The notes beneath the pieces were generated by a model, which was not told where the DNA came from, did no database searches, and saw only the letters and a program-made list of their open reading frames with translations. Positions 38,501 through 53,297 of a DNA stretch of 64,000 nt are shown here, piece by piece. Made by a program: the position numbers and the translations under genes. Each line of letters opens with the position of its first letter. Within the stretch, counting starts at the first letter, position 1. Source of the DNA: Pristiophorus japonicus (Eukaryota); NCBI RefSeq assembly GCF_044704955.1, contig NC_091999.1, positions 16,864,001 to 16,928,000 on the forward strand. The letters are read 5' to 3'.

Positions 38501-39862
38501 AATACTCCACTACACTACAGTAGACCATTCTCAAGTTTATTTTACCCCATCCACCGCGTTAAATATTCCCTCCCTCCCCCAACGGTGCACCATGCCTGCA
38601 GTGATTAACATCCCCAAGATGCTTTGCAGCAACTCCCCAAGACATCCTCAACAGCCCTTTCCAGACCAGCGACCTCTTCCACCTAGAAGGACAAGGGCAG
38701 CGTGCTCATGGGAACACCATCACCTCCATGTATCCCTCCAAATCACACATCACCCTGACTTGGAAACTTATTACCGTTCCTTCATAGTCGCTGGGTCAAA
38801 TTCGTGGAACCCCTTCCGAACAATTTGGGGGTTCCATCACCACATGGACTGCAGCGGTTCAAGGTGGCAGCTCGCCACCTGTTTTTCAAGGCCAATTAGG
38901 GCTAGACCATCAATGTTTGCCTTGCCAGCGACACCCATTCCCCATATGCCAGGAGACAATAAAGAAATGTCCCTGCATCAGTAATTACCGCACAGGGCCC
39001 TATCTCAGTTATTACTGCACTAGAACTATTAATATTGTACTAGGCCCGGTATCAGATATTACTGGAATATGTCATGCCTTTGTTCCTATTGCACAAGACC
39101 CTGTCTCTGTTTATATTAAACTAGACCAGGACATAGATTATATTACACTAGCCACAACCTTTTACATTACTAAACTAGAACATGTCTCTGTTTATATTCC
39201 ACTGGACCCTGTCTCAGTTATTACTGCACTAAACTCTGCAACTTCCAGGCCAGGTTCAGCATGTGTTAGCTACAGAGTAAAACGCCCTCTACACCGCACT
39301 ATCCTACATTCCCAGGCCAGGTACAGCATGTGTCAGGTACAGAGTAAAGTGCCCTCTATACTACGACATTACATACTCCCAGGGCAGGTAGAGTACGAGT
39401 TAGACACAGAGAAAAGCTCCCTCTACACTGCCCCATCAAACACTCCCAGGGCAGGTACATCATATGTCAGATACAGAGTAAAACTCCCTCTACAATGTCC
39501 CATCATACACTCCCAGGGCAGGTACAACTTTAAGCATAAACCTCCACTATCACATTAGTGATATTGCTGTACATGCTGACGAGAAGGAGTATTTCCTCAT
39601 TCTGTCCGTGGGTATCATATTTCCTTTATTATAATAAAATTTAGTGAAATGTACCAAAAAACAATTGTTGCTGGAGTCTGTTGAGAGATTTGCATTTCTG
39701 TCTATCTTTATTTCTATGCTGTGTTGGTGGGGAAACATTTATTGTGTCTCTGACGCTCAATACTCTAATCTGGGACATCTATTTCTGTGATTATTTACAA
39801 AAAGGTCTCAATGGTTCCTATGAAGTGTTCATGGCAGCAAAATCATGCCAACTGAGTCACTT

Positions 39863-40243
39863 ACATAGAAACATAGAAAATAGGTGCAGGGGCAGGCCAT
39901 TTAGCCCTTCTAGCCTGCACCGCCATTCAATGAGTTCATGGCTGAACATGAAACTTCAGTACCCCCTTCCTGCTTTCTCGCCATAACCCTTGATCCCCCG
40001 AGTAGTAAGGACTTCATCTAACTCCCTTTTGAATATATTTAGTGAATTGGTCTCAACTACTTTCTGTGGTAGAGAATTCCACAGGTTTACCACTCTCTGG
40101 GTGAATAAGTTTCTCCTCATCTCGGTCCTAAATGGCTTACCCATTATCCTCAGACTGTGACCCCTGGTTCTGGACTTCCCCAACATTGGGAACATTCTTC
40201 CTGCATCTAACCTGTCGAAACCCGTCAGAATCTTAAACGTTTC
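39863..40243 (-). mobile_element. Young CR1 3' end, specific to copy 2
   Basis: Highly similar to 115-495; interrupts the octamer block. Confidence 0.92.
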
Positions 40244-42644
40244 TATTCTAAACTCACAGCAAGAGCTTATTTTAAGAATATTGACAGTGGGTACACAGAA
40301 GTAGCAATATGTCGGACAGTGACGTTGGCTTCAGTTTTGTTTAATTAGAACAGATGTGATTTATATCAAAGGGAATAAGTATAAAAAAAAATAATTCAGC
40401 TGTGAAAGTTCTGTATTCCACTGGATCTCCACTTCGTGGAAGATTTAACCCAGTGAAATTAAATAAGTTCAACCAGCGACCATCAGTAATATCTGAGCGT
40501 TTCACAAATCGCAACGTGTATTTTAAAATGTTGACATTTAGAAACAACTAGCATTTATATAGCGCCCTTCATGACCTCATGATGTCCCAAATGCTTTACA
40601 GGCAATGAATTACTTTGGAAGTGTTGCAACGTAGGAAATGTGGCAGCCAATTTGTGCAGAGCAAGATCCCATACACAGCAATGAAATAATGACCAGATAA
40701 TCTGTATTTCAGATGTTGTTTGAGGGACAAATGTTTTCCGTGGAAACCCTGGAGAACTCCTCAGCTGTTTAAGATAGTGCAACGAATCCTTTAAATCCAC
40801 CTGAGTGGGAAGATGTGGTCTCAGTTTAATGTTTTCCCCGAAAGACGGCAGTTCTGATCGTGCAGCACTCCCTCAGCACTGGCACCGTGCATGTCGGCAT
40901 CGATTATGGGCTCAGGTCTCTGGAGTGGGGTTAATATCTGCGACCTTCTAAGTCAGAGGCGAGAGTGATCCCACTGAGCCGAGGCTTGAACATATCACAG
41001 CTTTATTTTAAAATGTTGCCATTCAGTTCATCCTGCCTGAAGTTCAGGGCCTGAAGTTCAGGGCCTGAACCCAGCCTTACTCCGATCCGTTTATTATCAC
41101 GGGCGAGTTCTCTTATCTTGTCCGGGATGTCATTCCCACACTAGGGTTTCCACTGGGTCTAGATAAAAGCGATTCCACAAGGAACGTCTGGAAGTGCCCG
41201 AGGCAGAAGGACTCACGGAACTTGAGTTTTACACTGTGTGAGCTGCACCATAAGAGCAGCTGGAACCTGGGATTTTTCTCCTTCGAGCCGAGCAGGTTAT
41301 GGGGCACTTATTAGAGGTGCTCAAGAAGATGAAGAGTTTTGATCTTGTAAAATGGGAGATACTCCATCACTCCCTCCAACTATCCTTCCCTCCGACCACA
41401 CGTCTCTCCTTCCCTCCCACCATCAACCCTCCATCACTCCCTCCCACCATCCCCTGCCACCCTCCTTCCATTTCCAGCCCTCCATACCTCCATACCTCCC
41501 TCCATCAATCTCTCCCTTCCCGCAACCATCCCTCCCACCCTCCGACCATCCCTCCACCCCTCCATCACAGCACCCCTTCCTTGCTCCACTCCTCCCTACC
41601 TCCATCCCTCCCTCAGCTCAGCCGATTCGTATTTTCCCTTTGCAGTGTTTCTGCTTCCATCGATGAGGATTCCTCAGCTGGAATATTCTGCACACAATTC
41701 CTTCACCGGGCTTTCATATATATTAACAAATAAGAGAGTGAGCGACAGCAAATGTATATATTTAACCCCCCTGCCTAAAATAATACTGATGATAAATAAA
41801 ATGGTGACCTTTCCAGAGAGGGAGTTGGCTGGGGAACTGGCACTGGGTAGAAATTCTAGTTGGTACAGTCGGGGTATTTTTCCTTTTCATGAATAAAAAA
41901 AAGAAGGGTAACTTCTTTAAAAATTGTTTTAAGTCATCGTCAACTTTCAACTTCTCGTTTTCCCTCCCCATTCTGGCTGTTGAGGATGGGCCAGTGCCCG
42001 CCTGGAGCTTGTTGCCATTGTGTGTACGGTATGTTAGCTCACAAGCTCTTGCTACATGGACAGACTTGGAGAAGCTGGGGCTGTTCTCCATACAGCAGAG
42101 AATGGTGAGGGGAGATTCAGTACATTGGTACCTGCATGAGGGACTTCAGTTAAAGCGGAGACTGGAGAAGATGGGTTTGCTCTCCTTGGAGGAGGCAAGG
42201 TTGAGGGCATGTCTAATAGAATGGTACCAGGGATGAGGGACTTCAGTTAATGTGGAGAGACAGGAGAAGATGGGATTCTCCTCTTCAGAGGAGAGAAGTC
42301 GAAGAGAAGATTTGATGGACGTTTTGGAAAATATCAATCATTTGACAGAGTAAATAAACAGAAACTGTTTCAGATGGGTGGTGATTGACAAAAGAACAAG
42401 AAGCGATATGTAGATAAAATTTCTATGCAACCACTGGTTAGAATTTAGAGTGTACTGCATAATAGGGTGGTAGATACAGATTCAATAGTAGCCTTCAAAA
42501 AGGAAATTGTGCAAGTATTTGAAGGAGCAAAAATGCAGGGATATAGGGAAGGAGCGGGGGATTGACATTAATGGGCTTGCTCTTCGAAAGAGCCGGAACA
42601 GACTCTATGGGCTGAATGGCCACCCTGTGTGCCGTACCAATCTA

Positions 42645-44660
42645 TGAATGACCATAACATAGTTGAATTTCAAATTCAGTTGGCGGTGGGGGAGGTGGTG
42701 GGGTAGAGTTGGTTCACAATCCAGTATCCTAAGTTTAAATGAAGGATACTATGAGGGCAGAGTTGGCTAAAGTGGACTGCGAAAATAGATAAAAGGATGG
42801 GACAGCTGATGAGCAGTGGCCGACATTTAAGGAGATATTTCATAACTCGAAACAAAAATATATCCCAATGAGAAGGCAACACTGCATGAGAAGGGATAAC
42901 CATCCGGGGCTAACTAAGGAAATAAGGGAAGGTATCAAATTGCAAACAAATGCATACATTGTGGCCAAGACGAGTGGGAGGTCAGAGGATTGGGAAACTT
43001 TTAAAAGCTAGAAAAGAAACAATAAATGATAAAGAGAGGGAAGATAGATTATGAAAGTAAACAAGCACGAAATATAAAAAACAGATAGTAAGAGTTTCTA
43101 CAGGTGCATAAAAAGGAAAGGTTTGGCTAAAGTAAATATTGGTCACCTAGAGGATGAGATTGGGCAATTAATAATGGAGACCAAGGAAATGGAAAAATCG
43201 TTGAATAAATATTTTGTATTTGTCTTCACGGTAGAATACATTAAAAAAAATCCAATAGTCGAACATCAAGGGGCTATAGGGAGGGAGGAACTTATTACAA
43301 TCACGATCACTAATGAAGTAGTACTCGGTAAAATAATGGTAATCAAGACGAACAAGTCCCCTGGACCTGACGGCTTACATCCTAGGGTCCTAAAAGAAGT
43401 GGCTGCAGAGATAGTGGATGCGTTGGCTGTAATCTACCAAAATTCCCTGGATTCTGGGGCGGACCCAGCAGATTGGAAAACTGCAAATATAACGCCCCTA
43501 TTTAAAAAAGAAGGCAGACAAAAAGCAAGAAACTATAGATCAATGAGCCGAACGTCAGCCATTGTAAAAAAGCTGGATTCCATTCAGGTAGCGGGACATT
43601 TGGAAAAGCATCATTCACTCAAGCAGAATCAGCATGGTTTAATGAAAGGGAAATCATGTTTGACAAATTTGATGGAGTTCTTTGAAGATGTAACGAGCAG
43701 GGTGGATAGTGGGGGACCAGTGGATGTGGTGTATTTGGATTTCCAGAATGCATTCGATATAAAAGGTTACTGCACAAGATAAAAGTTCACGGGATTGGGG
43801 TTAATATATTAGCATGGGTAGCGTATTGGCTAACTAGCAGATCGGCGAGTCGGGATATTTGGGTCATTTCCCGATTGGCAAACAGTGACTAGTGGGGTGC
43901 CGCAGGGATCGGTGCTTGGTCCTCAACTATTTATAATTTATAGTCATGACTTTGGATGAAGGCACTGAGTGTAATGTAGCCAAGTTTGCTGATGATATAA
44001 AGATGGGTGAGAACGCAAATTGTGCGGAGGACACAAAAAATCTGCAAAGGGATATAGACAGGCTAAGTGAGTGGGCAGAACTGTACAGGATATTGTAGTA
44101 CACTACTGCGTAAGGTTTTGGTCTCCGTATTTAAGGAAGGATATACTTACATTGAAGGTTGTCCAGAGAAGGTTTACTAGAATGAGTCCGGAGATGAGGT
44201 CGTTGACTTATGAAGATAGGTTGAGTAGGTTGGGACGAGACAGATTGGAGTTCAGAACAATGAGGTGATTTTACTGAAACATAGGATAACGAGAGAGCTC
44301 AACAAGGTGAATGCAGAGAGGATATTTCCACTCAAAGGGGAGAAAGAAACTAGGGGACATAGTCTCAGAATAAGGGGCAGCACATTTAAAACTGAAATGA
44401 GGAGGAATCTCTTCTCTGCGAGGTTTGTATATCTATGGAACTCTATGCCCCAGAGAGCTGTGGAGGCTAGACATGCAATATATTTAAGGCGGAGACAGAC
44501 AGATATTTGAGCGATAAGGGAATAAAGAATTGTGGCCAGCGGGCAGGGAAGTGAGGCTGAGTCCATGATCAGATCAGCCATGACATTCCTATATGACGGA
44601 GCAGGTTCGAGCGGCCAGTTGGCCTACTCCTGCTCCTATTTCTTATGTACTTATGTTTTT
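42645..44660 (+). mobile_element. CR1 LINE (~2 kb) with an internal deletion
   Basis: ORF 43123..43782 RT N-terminus; VPQGSVLGP; KFADD; 3' tail. Confidence 0.92.
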
Positions 44661-44838
44661 ATATTTATATTGCACTAGGCACTGTAGCTATTTCTATTAC
44701 ACAAGACCTTGTCTCTGTTTATAATACACTAGACCCTGTCTCTGTGTATATTACACTAGGCCCTGCCTCTGTTTATATTACTCTAGACCCGGTCTCCCTT
44801 TATGATGGACGAGGTCATGTATCATTGCACTTCACAAG

Positions 44839-46235
44839 AAGACCCAGCAGATTGGAAAACTGCAAATGTAAGACCTCTATTTAAAAAAGGAGGCAGCCAG
44901 AAAGCAGGAAATCATAGATCAGATAGCCGAAAATCTGTGTTTGGGAAATTGTTGGAGTTCATTATTAAGAAGCTATAGCAGGATATGAAGGAAAGCATAA
45001 TTCGGTCAGGCAGAGTCAGCATAGATTTATGGAGAGGAAGTCATGTTTCCCAAATTTGCTGGAAATCTTTGAGGATGTAACGAACAGGGTGAAGAAAGGG
45101 GAACCAGTTAATGTGGTGTACTTGGACTTCCAGAAGGCATTTGACATGGTGCCACATAAAAGGTTACATCACAAGATAAACCTTCAAGGGGTTGGAGGTA
45201 ATATATTAGCATTGATAGAGGATTGTCTAATTAACAGAAAACAGAGAGTCGGGCAAAATTGTTCATTCTCGGTTTGGCAATCAGTAAATGGTGGCGTGTC
45301 ACAGGGATAAGTGCTGGGGCCCCAGCTATTTACAATCGATACTAACGACTTGAATGAAGGGACCGAGTATAACACAGAGAAGTTTGTTGACGATACAAAG
45401 ATGAGACGAAAAGCAATGTGTAAGGAGGACACACATAATCTGCTAAAGGACAGACAGGCCATGTGTGTGGGAAAAAAATTGACAGCTGGAATATAATGTA
45501 AGAAAGTGTCAGATCATGCACTTTGGCAGAATAATTGCAAAGTGCTGCAGTACAGCGGGACCTGGGGGTATTTGTGCAGGTAAAGGAAGTGATCATGAAG
45601 GCCAATGGAATTTTGGCCTTTATTGCAAAGGGGATGGAGTATAAAAGCAGGTTGATCTTGCTACAGTTATACAGAGTATTGGTGAGGTCACAGCTGGAAA
45701 ACTGCGTACTGCTTTGTTTTCCACATTTACGAAATATTATACTTGCTTTGTAGGCAGTACAGGGAATGTTCACTAGGTTGATTGCGGAGATGAGTGCCTT
45801 GACTTACGAGGAAGGGTTGAGGAGTTTGGGCATCTACTCATTGGAATTCAGAAGAATGAGTGGTGATCTTATCGTAAAGGTGGATACATAGACGATGTTT
45901 CCACTGATAGGGTAGACTAGAACTAGGGGCATAATCTTAATATAAGAGCCGCCCATTTAACATTGAGATGAGGAGGAACTTCTTTTCTCAGAGGGTTGTA
46001 AATCTGTGGAATTCACTGCCTCAGGGAGCTGTGGATGCCGGAAAATCGAATACATTTAAGACAGAGATAGACAGTTTCTTATGCGATAAGGGATTAATGG
46101 GTTACGGCGCGCGCACAAAGAAGTGGATCTGACTCCATGATCGGATCATCCATGATCATATTGAATGACGCAGCAGGCTCGAGGGGCCGTATGGCCTACT
46201 CATGCTTCTATTTCTTATATCCTTACGGTCTTCTA
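44839..46235 (+). mobile_element. CR1 LINE, RT to 3' end
   Basis: FQKAFD-x-VPH and LGPQLF motifs; empty site near 55170. Confidence 0.9.
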
Positions 46236-49200
46236 ATGTTACAATGTCTGTTTGTGTCAGCCGAGGCACAGTGTGTCTCACTTCGCCCCGTCTAAGACAG
46301 TTTTGGGATAAACTCCCACTCCAAGGAATATGTCTCTAGTTATTGTACTATAGACCCTGTCACCGTTATTTCTGCACTTGACCATGCGTCTGTTAGATTG
46401 ACAGAAGATATATAGACGCTGGATAGATATTGATATAAATAAAGATATTTATATGTGTGGTTAGGAGGATTCAATACTTTTTTGGTTAGAACATACGTTT
46501 AGTTTCAATAATAGGTAACAAGAGTTGTGTGCAAAGTCTAATTGATCTGGTATTGTGTCGGTAATATTTGTGTTGAGGGGATGGGGTTAATCTTGTAACA
46601 ATCTCCCAGAGATGGACTGGGATTGAGGGACAGGACTGAAGGTGAGCAATTCACTGCACTTTACACTACTTAGTGGCACTGTGTGTTAAAGGTTACTAAC
46701 TCACACTGGTGTTGTCCTGCGCCAATTGCTCTCGGTTCTTTCATGTAAACGATTGTTTTTCTCGCAGTATTTTCACGTGTCCCACTGATTGTGTCAGAAA
46801 GAGCCTGGAACCGTGACCTCACAGCACCGCCGGATGGACGGCCGCATGGTCCAAACATCCACCGGACTAATAACGCATCTGCTTAAGCCGAACAACTGAA
46901 AAGAGCACNNNNNNNNNNNNNNNNNNNNNNNNNNNNNNNNNNNNNNNNNNNNNNNNNNNNNNNNNNNNNNNNNNNNNNNNNNNNNNNNNNNNNNNNNNNN
47001 NNNNNNNNNNNNNNNNNNNNNNNNNNNNNNNNNNNNNNNNNNNNNNNNNNNNNNNNNNNNNNNNNNNNNNNNNNNNNNNNNNNNNNNNNNNNNNNNNNNN
47101 NNNNNNNNNNNNNNNNNNNNNNNNNNNNNNNNNNNNNNNNNNNNNNNNNNNNNNNCATAAGGTGTGCAAGTGCATTCCACAAAGATAAATTATTAGCTCC
47201 AAACATTATTTTTCAGCATTTTATTTTATTCAACAGCTAATTGCAGATCGTTTAATACCTTTAACATTTATTGATAACACATTGTCTTGCATGCTCTTCT
47301 TTAGAAAGTGATGTCACACTGACAATTCCATTACCAAGGTGACCATGTCTGTCCGCATTATTCAGTGGGCAAGTGGATTAAATCACTCCGAGAATAATGA
47401 GCAGCCAGTCACCAGTCCCTGCGCTTTATTGTCCAGTGATCATCTCACCATCACACAGAATCCGCTGATATATACCTCAAGTGATGGTAAACATGAAACT
47501 GCACCTGTATCTGGCATGAGGTTAATAAATCTGTAAATATCTGACTTACTGTCTCTCTCATTACACCAGACCCCATCGCGGTTTTTGCTGCAGTAGACCC
47601 AGTTTCAGTTTATGATGGACTTCCAAAAGGCATTTGATAAAATGCTTTGATAATATCATTTCCAGCAAAGTTAAAGCCCATAGAATATAAGGGACAGTGG
47701 CATCATGGATATGAAATTGGCTGAGTGACAGGAATCAGAGAGCTGTGTTTTATTTAGGACTGGAGGGAGGTATACAGTGGTGTTTCGCAGCGGTTGGTAC
47801 TAGGAACGCTGCTTTTTTTGATTTATATTCATGACCTAGATTCGGGTGTACTGGGCACAATTTCAAAATGTTTAAACTATTCAAGTCTGGGAAGTTTAGT
47901 GAACAGTGAGGAGAGGAGGATAGTGATGACTTCAAGAGGACAGCGACATGCTGGTGGAATAGACGGACACTTGGCAAATGAAACGCAGAAAAGTGTGAAG
48001 TTATACATTTTGGAAGGAAGAACGAGGAGAGGAAAAGTAACCAAAGGGTACAAAACTAAAAGCTGTGATGAACGCAGGGACCTGGGGGTCGAAATGCAAA
48101 AGTCTTTGAAGGTGGCAGGGTAGGTTCATAAAGTGTTTTAAAAAACATATGGGATCCTGGGCTTCATAAATAGAGGCATATAATATATAAGCAAGGAAAT
48201 TATGATGAACCTGTGTAAAACACGGTTTCGGCCACAAGCTATTACTGTGTCCAATTCTGGGCACCTTACTTTAGGAAGGATGTAAACGCCTTCGAGAGGG
48301 TGCAGAAAAGATTTCCCTGTGGTTCCAGGGATAAGGTACTTCAGTTATGTGGATAGACTGGAGTAGCTGGGGATGTTCTCCTTAGAGCAGAGAAGTTTGA
48401 GATGAGACTTGATAGAGGTATTCAGATTCATAAGGGGTCGAGACAGAGTAGCTGGAGAGAAACAGTTCCCATTGGCGGAAGGGTCGAGAACAGAGGATAC
48501 AGATTTAGCGCAATTGGCAGAACAACCTAAATCGACACGAGGAAAAATTAGGATCTGGAATGCACTGCCTGAAAGAGTGGTGGTGACAGATTCAATCATG
48601 GCATGGAATTGGATAAGTTCCTGAAGGAAGAACAATCATAGGGCTTCGGGAAATGGCAAGGGAGTGGACTAGCTGAAATACTCTTGCAGAGAGCGGCATG
48701 GTCTATATAGGTCGAATGACTCTTTTCTGTGCTGTAATTCTGAAGTTCTATAATACACCAGGAACTGTCTCAGTTATTACTATACTCGACCCTGTTCCAG
48801 TTTATATTACCGCAGCCACCACGTTAAATATTCCATCCCCCCACCACCAGCGCTCCATGTCTGCAGTGATTACTATCCACAAGATGCATTGCAGCAACTC
48901 GCCAAGACATCTTCGACAGCACTTTCCAAACCTACGACCTCTTTCACCTAGAAGAACAAAGGCAGCAGGCTCCTGGAAACGCCATCACTTCCAAGTTCGC
49001 CTCCAAATCAAATACCATCCTGACTTGGAAATTTATTACCATTGCTTCATAGTCGCTGGTTCAAATTCGTGGAACCCGCTCCCTAACACTGTGAGAGTGC
49101 CTTCACCACACGGTCGACAGCGGGACAAGGCGGCAGCTCACCACCTGCTTCTCAAGATCAATTAGGGATAGACAATTAATGTTGGCCTTGATTGCACTGC

Positions 49201-51274
49201 CTGAAGGATTGGTGGAGACAGATTCAATCATGGCACGGAATTGGATAAGTTCCTGAAGGAAGAACAATCACAGGGCTACGGAAAAGGGCGGGGGAGTGGA
49301 CTAGCTGAAATACTCTTGCTGAGAGCGGCATGGTCTGTATGGGCCGAATGACTCTCACACCCGCATGACAGGAACGAATAAAACAATGTCCCTGTATCAG
49401 TAATTACTGCACTAAGTCCTGCCTCAGTTATTACAGTACTAGAACTATTAATATTGTACTACGCCCTGGCTCATATAATACTGGAATAGTATGTGCCTTT
49501 GTTCCTATTACACAAGTCCCTGTCTCTGTTTATATTAAACTAGACAAGGACGGTGTTTACATTACTCTAGCCCCATCATTTCACTTTACTAAACTAGACA
49601 ATGCCTCAGTTTATGTTAAATTAGACCCTGTCACCGTTATTAATGCACTAAACACTGTAAATCACAGGTCAGGTACAACATGTGTCAGATACAGAGTAAA
49701 CCGACCTCTACATTTTCTAATTAAACATTCCCAGGACAGGTACAGTACGGGTTAGATACAGCAAAATGGACTCTATACACTGTCCCATCAAACACTTCCA
49801 AGGTAGGTACAGTACGGGTTAGATACAGTGCAAAGCTCCCTCGACTCTGTCCCATCAAACACTCCCAGGACAGGTGCAGCATGTGTCAGATCCAGAGTAA
49901 AACGAGCTCTACAGTGTCCTATCAAACACTCCCAGGGACACTGTAGAGCACAGTTTAAATACAGAGTAAAGCTCTCCCTACACTGTCCAATCAAACGCTC
50001 CCAGATCGTTTAATTCACAGGTCATATCTTGGATTAAAGCTCCCTCTGCGCATTCCAATGAAGTTGGTTCGAGACGTATCATTAGGGTTCAAGAAAAACA
50101 TTTGTTAGATTTTAATATCTAGTTGTGGGAGATGGCTAATTATCCATTCTTGAGAGACAATACACAAATTGGAAATAGGAGAGGGAGAGGGTACAGGAAA
50201 TCTCCACTGACAATTTGTGATGTTACTATATACGGTGAATAGAATCTTTCCCCATTCTGTCCCTGGGTATCATCTTTACTTTATTCTCTTTTGTTTAGAA
50301 AAATGTCCCGCAAAACAATTGCTACTGGAATCCGTTGGGAAATTTGCATTTCTTTCTCTGCTTATTTCTATTCTGTGTTGGTGGGGAAACATTTAACTTG
50401 TTTCTGTCACTCAATACTCTAATCGAGAACTTCTATTTCTGTGTTTATTTACATAACCGCCTCACCGGTTCCCATGAAGTGTTCATGGCAGCAAAATCAG
50501 ATCAACATAGTCACTTATTGATTAGTCTCCTCTCACAACAAGTGTCATTTGTAAAAATATTGACAGTTGGTACAACTTTAATAGAAAAATCTCCAACAGT
50601 GAGGTTTGCTTCAGTTTTGTTCAATTAGAACAGATGTCATTTATGTCAAAGGAATACATAGTAAAATGAATAATTCAGTTCTGAAAGAACTACTGCCGAA
50701 ATTAATAGAACATCTCTCAACAGGCTGCTATTCTACTGGATCTCCATTTCGTGGAAGATTTAACCCATTGAAACTAAACATTGAAAGTAAAACCAGTGAC
50801 CAGAGGAGTGTCCTACAATCACATTAATATCTGAGCTTTTCACATATCTCAACTTTTATTTACAAGTGTTGACATTTAGAAACACCATGCACTTATATAA
50901 TGCCTTTCTTGACCTCATGATATCCCAAAGTGCTTTACAGCCAATGAATTACTTTGGAAGTGTGCTCACTGTTGTAATGTAGGAAACGTTGCAGACAATG
51001 TGTGCACAGCAAGCTCTCACAAAGAGCATGAAATATTGATCAGATAATTTGTTTTTCAGATGTTGGTTGAAGTATAAATATTTGCGCTGGAAACCCTGGA
51101 GAACTCATCAGCTCTTCAGTATAGTGCCATGAATCCCTTACAACCAACTGAGCAGAAAGATGCAGTGATATAGGGAAAGTGCACAGGAGTGGGACTAACT
51201 GGGTTGTTCTTCGAAAGAGCCGGCACAGACTCTATGGGCTGAATTATCACCTTCTGTGCCGTACTAATCTATGA

Positions 51275-53297
51275 ATGACCATAACACGGTTAAATTTCAA
51301 ATTCAGTTGGAGAGTGCGAGAATTGGTTTTCAAACCACTGTCCAAAGCTTAAATAAACGAGCCTACAAAGGTATAAGGGCATTGGTGGCTAAAGCGGACT
51401 AGGAAAAAATATAAAAGTATGGGATGGTTGATGAGCAGTGGCAGACATTAAAGTAGATAATTCATAACTCGCAACAAAAAAATATCCCAATTAGAAGGCA
51501 ATACTGTAAGAGAGGGGATAACCATCCGTGGTTAACTCAGGAAATAGGGATGGTATCAAATTGGAAACAAAGGCATACAATGTGGCCAAGACTAGTGGGA
51601 GGCCAGAGGATTGGGAAACTTTTAAAAGCCAGCAAAGAACAACTAAACAAATGATAAAGAGAGGGAAGATAGATTATGAAAGTAAACTAGCGCGAAATAT
51701 AAAAACAGATAGTAAGAGTTTCTACAGGTACATAACAAGCAAAAGAGAGGTTAAAGTAAATGTTGGTCATCAAGCGGATGAGACTGGGGAATGAATAATG
51801 GAGAACAGGGAAATGACAGAGACGTTGAACAAATATTTTGTATCGGTCTTCATGGTAGCAGACACTAAAAACATCCAAATTATGCAAAATCAAGGGGCTA
51901 TAGGGAGGGAGGAATTTATTACAATCACTATCACTATTGAAGTCGTACTCGGTAAAATGATGGGACTAAAGGCGGACAAGTCCCCAGGGCCTGATGGGTT
52001 ACATCCTATGGTATTAAAGAAGTGGCTGCAGAGATAGTTGATGCATTGGTTGTAATCTACCAAAATTCCTTGAATTCTGGGGCTGGCCCAGCGGATTGGA
52101 AAACTGCAAATGTAGTGCCCCTATTTAAAAAAATAAGCAGACAAAAAGCAAGAAACTATAGACCAGTGAGCTGAACATCTGTCATTGGGACAATGCTGGA
52201 GTCCATTAAGGAAGCAGTAGCGGGAGATTTGGAAAAGCAAAATTCAATCAAGCAGAATCAGCATGGTTTCATGAACGGAACGACATGATTGACAAATTTG
52301 CTGAAGATCTTTGAGGATGAAACGAACAGGGTGGATTAGGGGAATCCAGTGGATGTGGTGTATTTGAATTTCCAGAAGGCATTCGATATGGTGCCGCATA
52401 AAGGTTACTGCACAAGATAAAAGTTCTCGGGGTTGAGGGCAATATATTGGCATGGATAGTGGATTGGCTAACTAACAGATCGGAGGGTCGGGATAAATGG
52501 GTCAATTTCCGGTTGGGAAACAGTATCTCGTGGTGTGCCGCAGGGATCGGTGGGGGAACCTGAACTATTTACAATCGATAGTAATGACTTGGATGAAGGG
52601 ACCCAGTGTAATGTAGCCAAGTTTTCAGATGATAAAAAGAAGAGTGGGAAAAAAAATTGTGAGGAGGACACCAATAATCTGTAAAGGGATATGGACAGAC
52701 TAAGTGAATGGGCAAAACGCTAGAGGATATTGGTGAAGCCACATCTAGAGTACTGCGTCCAGTGTTGGCCCCTGTATTTAAGGAAGGATATACCTGCATT
52801 GGAGGCTTTCCAGCGAAGGTTGATTCCGGAGATGAGGGTGTTGAATTATGAAGATATTGTGAGTAGGTTGGGCCTATACACATTGGAGTTCGGAAGAATG
52901 AGAGGTGAACTTATTGCAAATTATAAGATAATGAGGGCACTCGACAATGTGGATGCAGAGAGGATACTTCCACTCATAGGGAACATTAAAACTAGGGGAC
53001 ATAGTCTCAGAAAAACAAGCTGCACAGTTAAAACTGAGCTAACGGGGAATTTCTTCGCTCAGAGAGATGTAAATCTATGGAATTCTCAGCCTAAGAGAGT
53101 TGTGCAGTCTTGGTCATGGAATATATTTAATGCGGAGATAGAAAGATGTTTGAGTGATAAGAGAATAAAGGGTTATGGGGATCGGGAAGGGAAATGGAGC
53201 TGAGTCCATGATCAGATCAGCCATGATCTTATTAAATGGCGAGCAGGCTCGAGGGGCCAGGTGGCCTACTACTGTTCCTATTTCTTATGTTCTTTTG
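51275..53297 (+). mobile_element. CR1 LINE (~2 kb), duplicated paralogue of 42645-44660
   Basis: Same 5' junction (TCTATGAATGACCATAACA) and the same internal deletion. Confidence 0.9.

Larger units (their letters stand above)
35340..46240 (+). repeat. Segmental-duplication unit, copy 2 (with extra CR1 insertions)
   Basis: Same collinear blocks as copy 1. Confidence 0.88.

Noticed and set aside
43123-43782. Intact reverse transcriptase gene
   Set aside because: Frameshifted, internally deleted CR1 ORF2 fragment; no full-length LINE is present in the window.
46250-46330. tRNA-like sequence (also ~55180-55260)
   Set aside because: Degenerate SINE head; no cloverleaf could be supported.
46794-47206. 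ORFs spanning N runs (also 5462-6605 and 55588-56127)
   Set aside because: Artefacts of Ns. The runs at 46908-47155 and 55845-56049 sit where the other copies have (TG)n, so they are probably masked or unresolved microsatellite.
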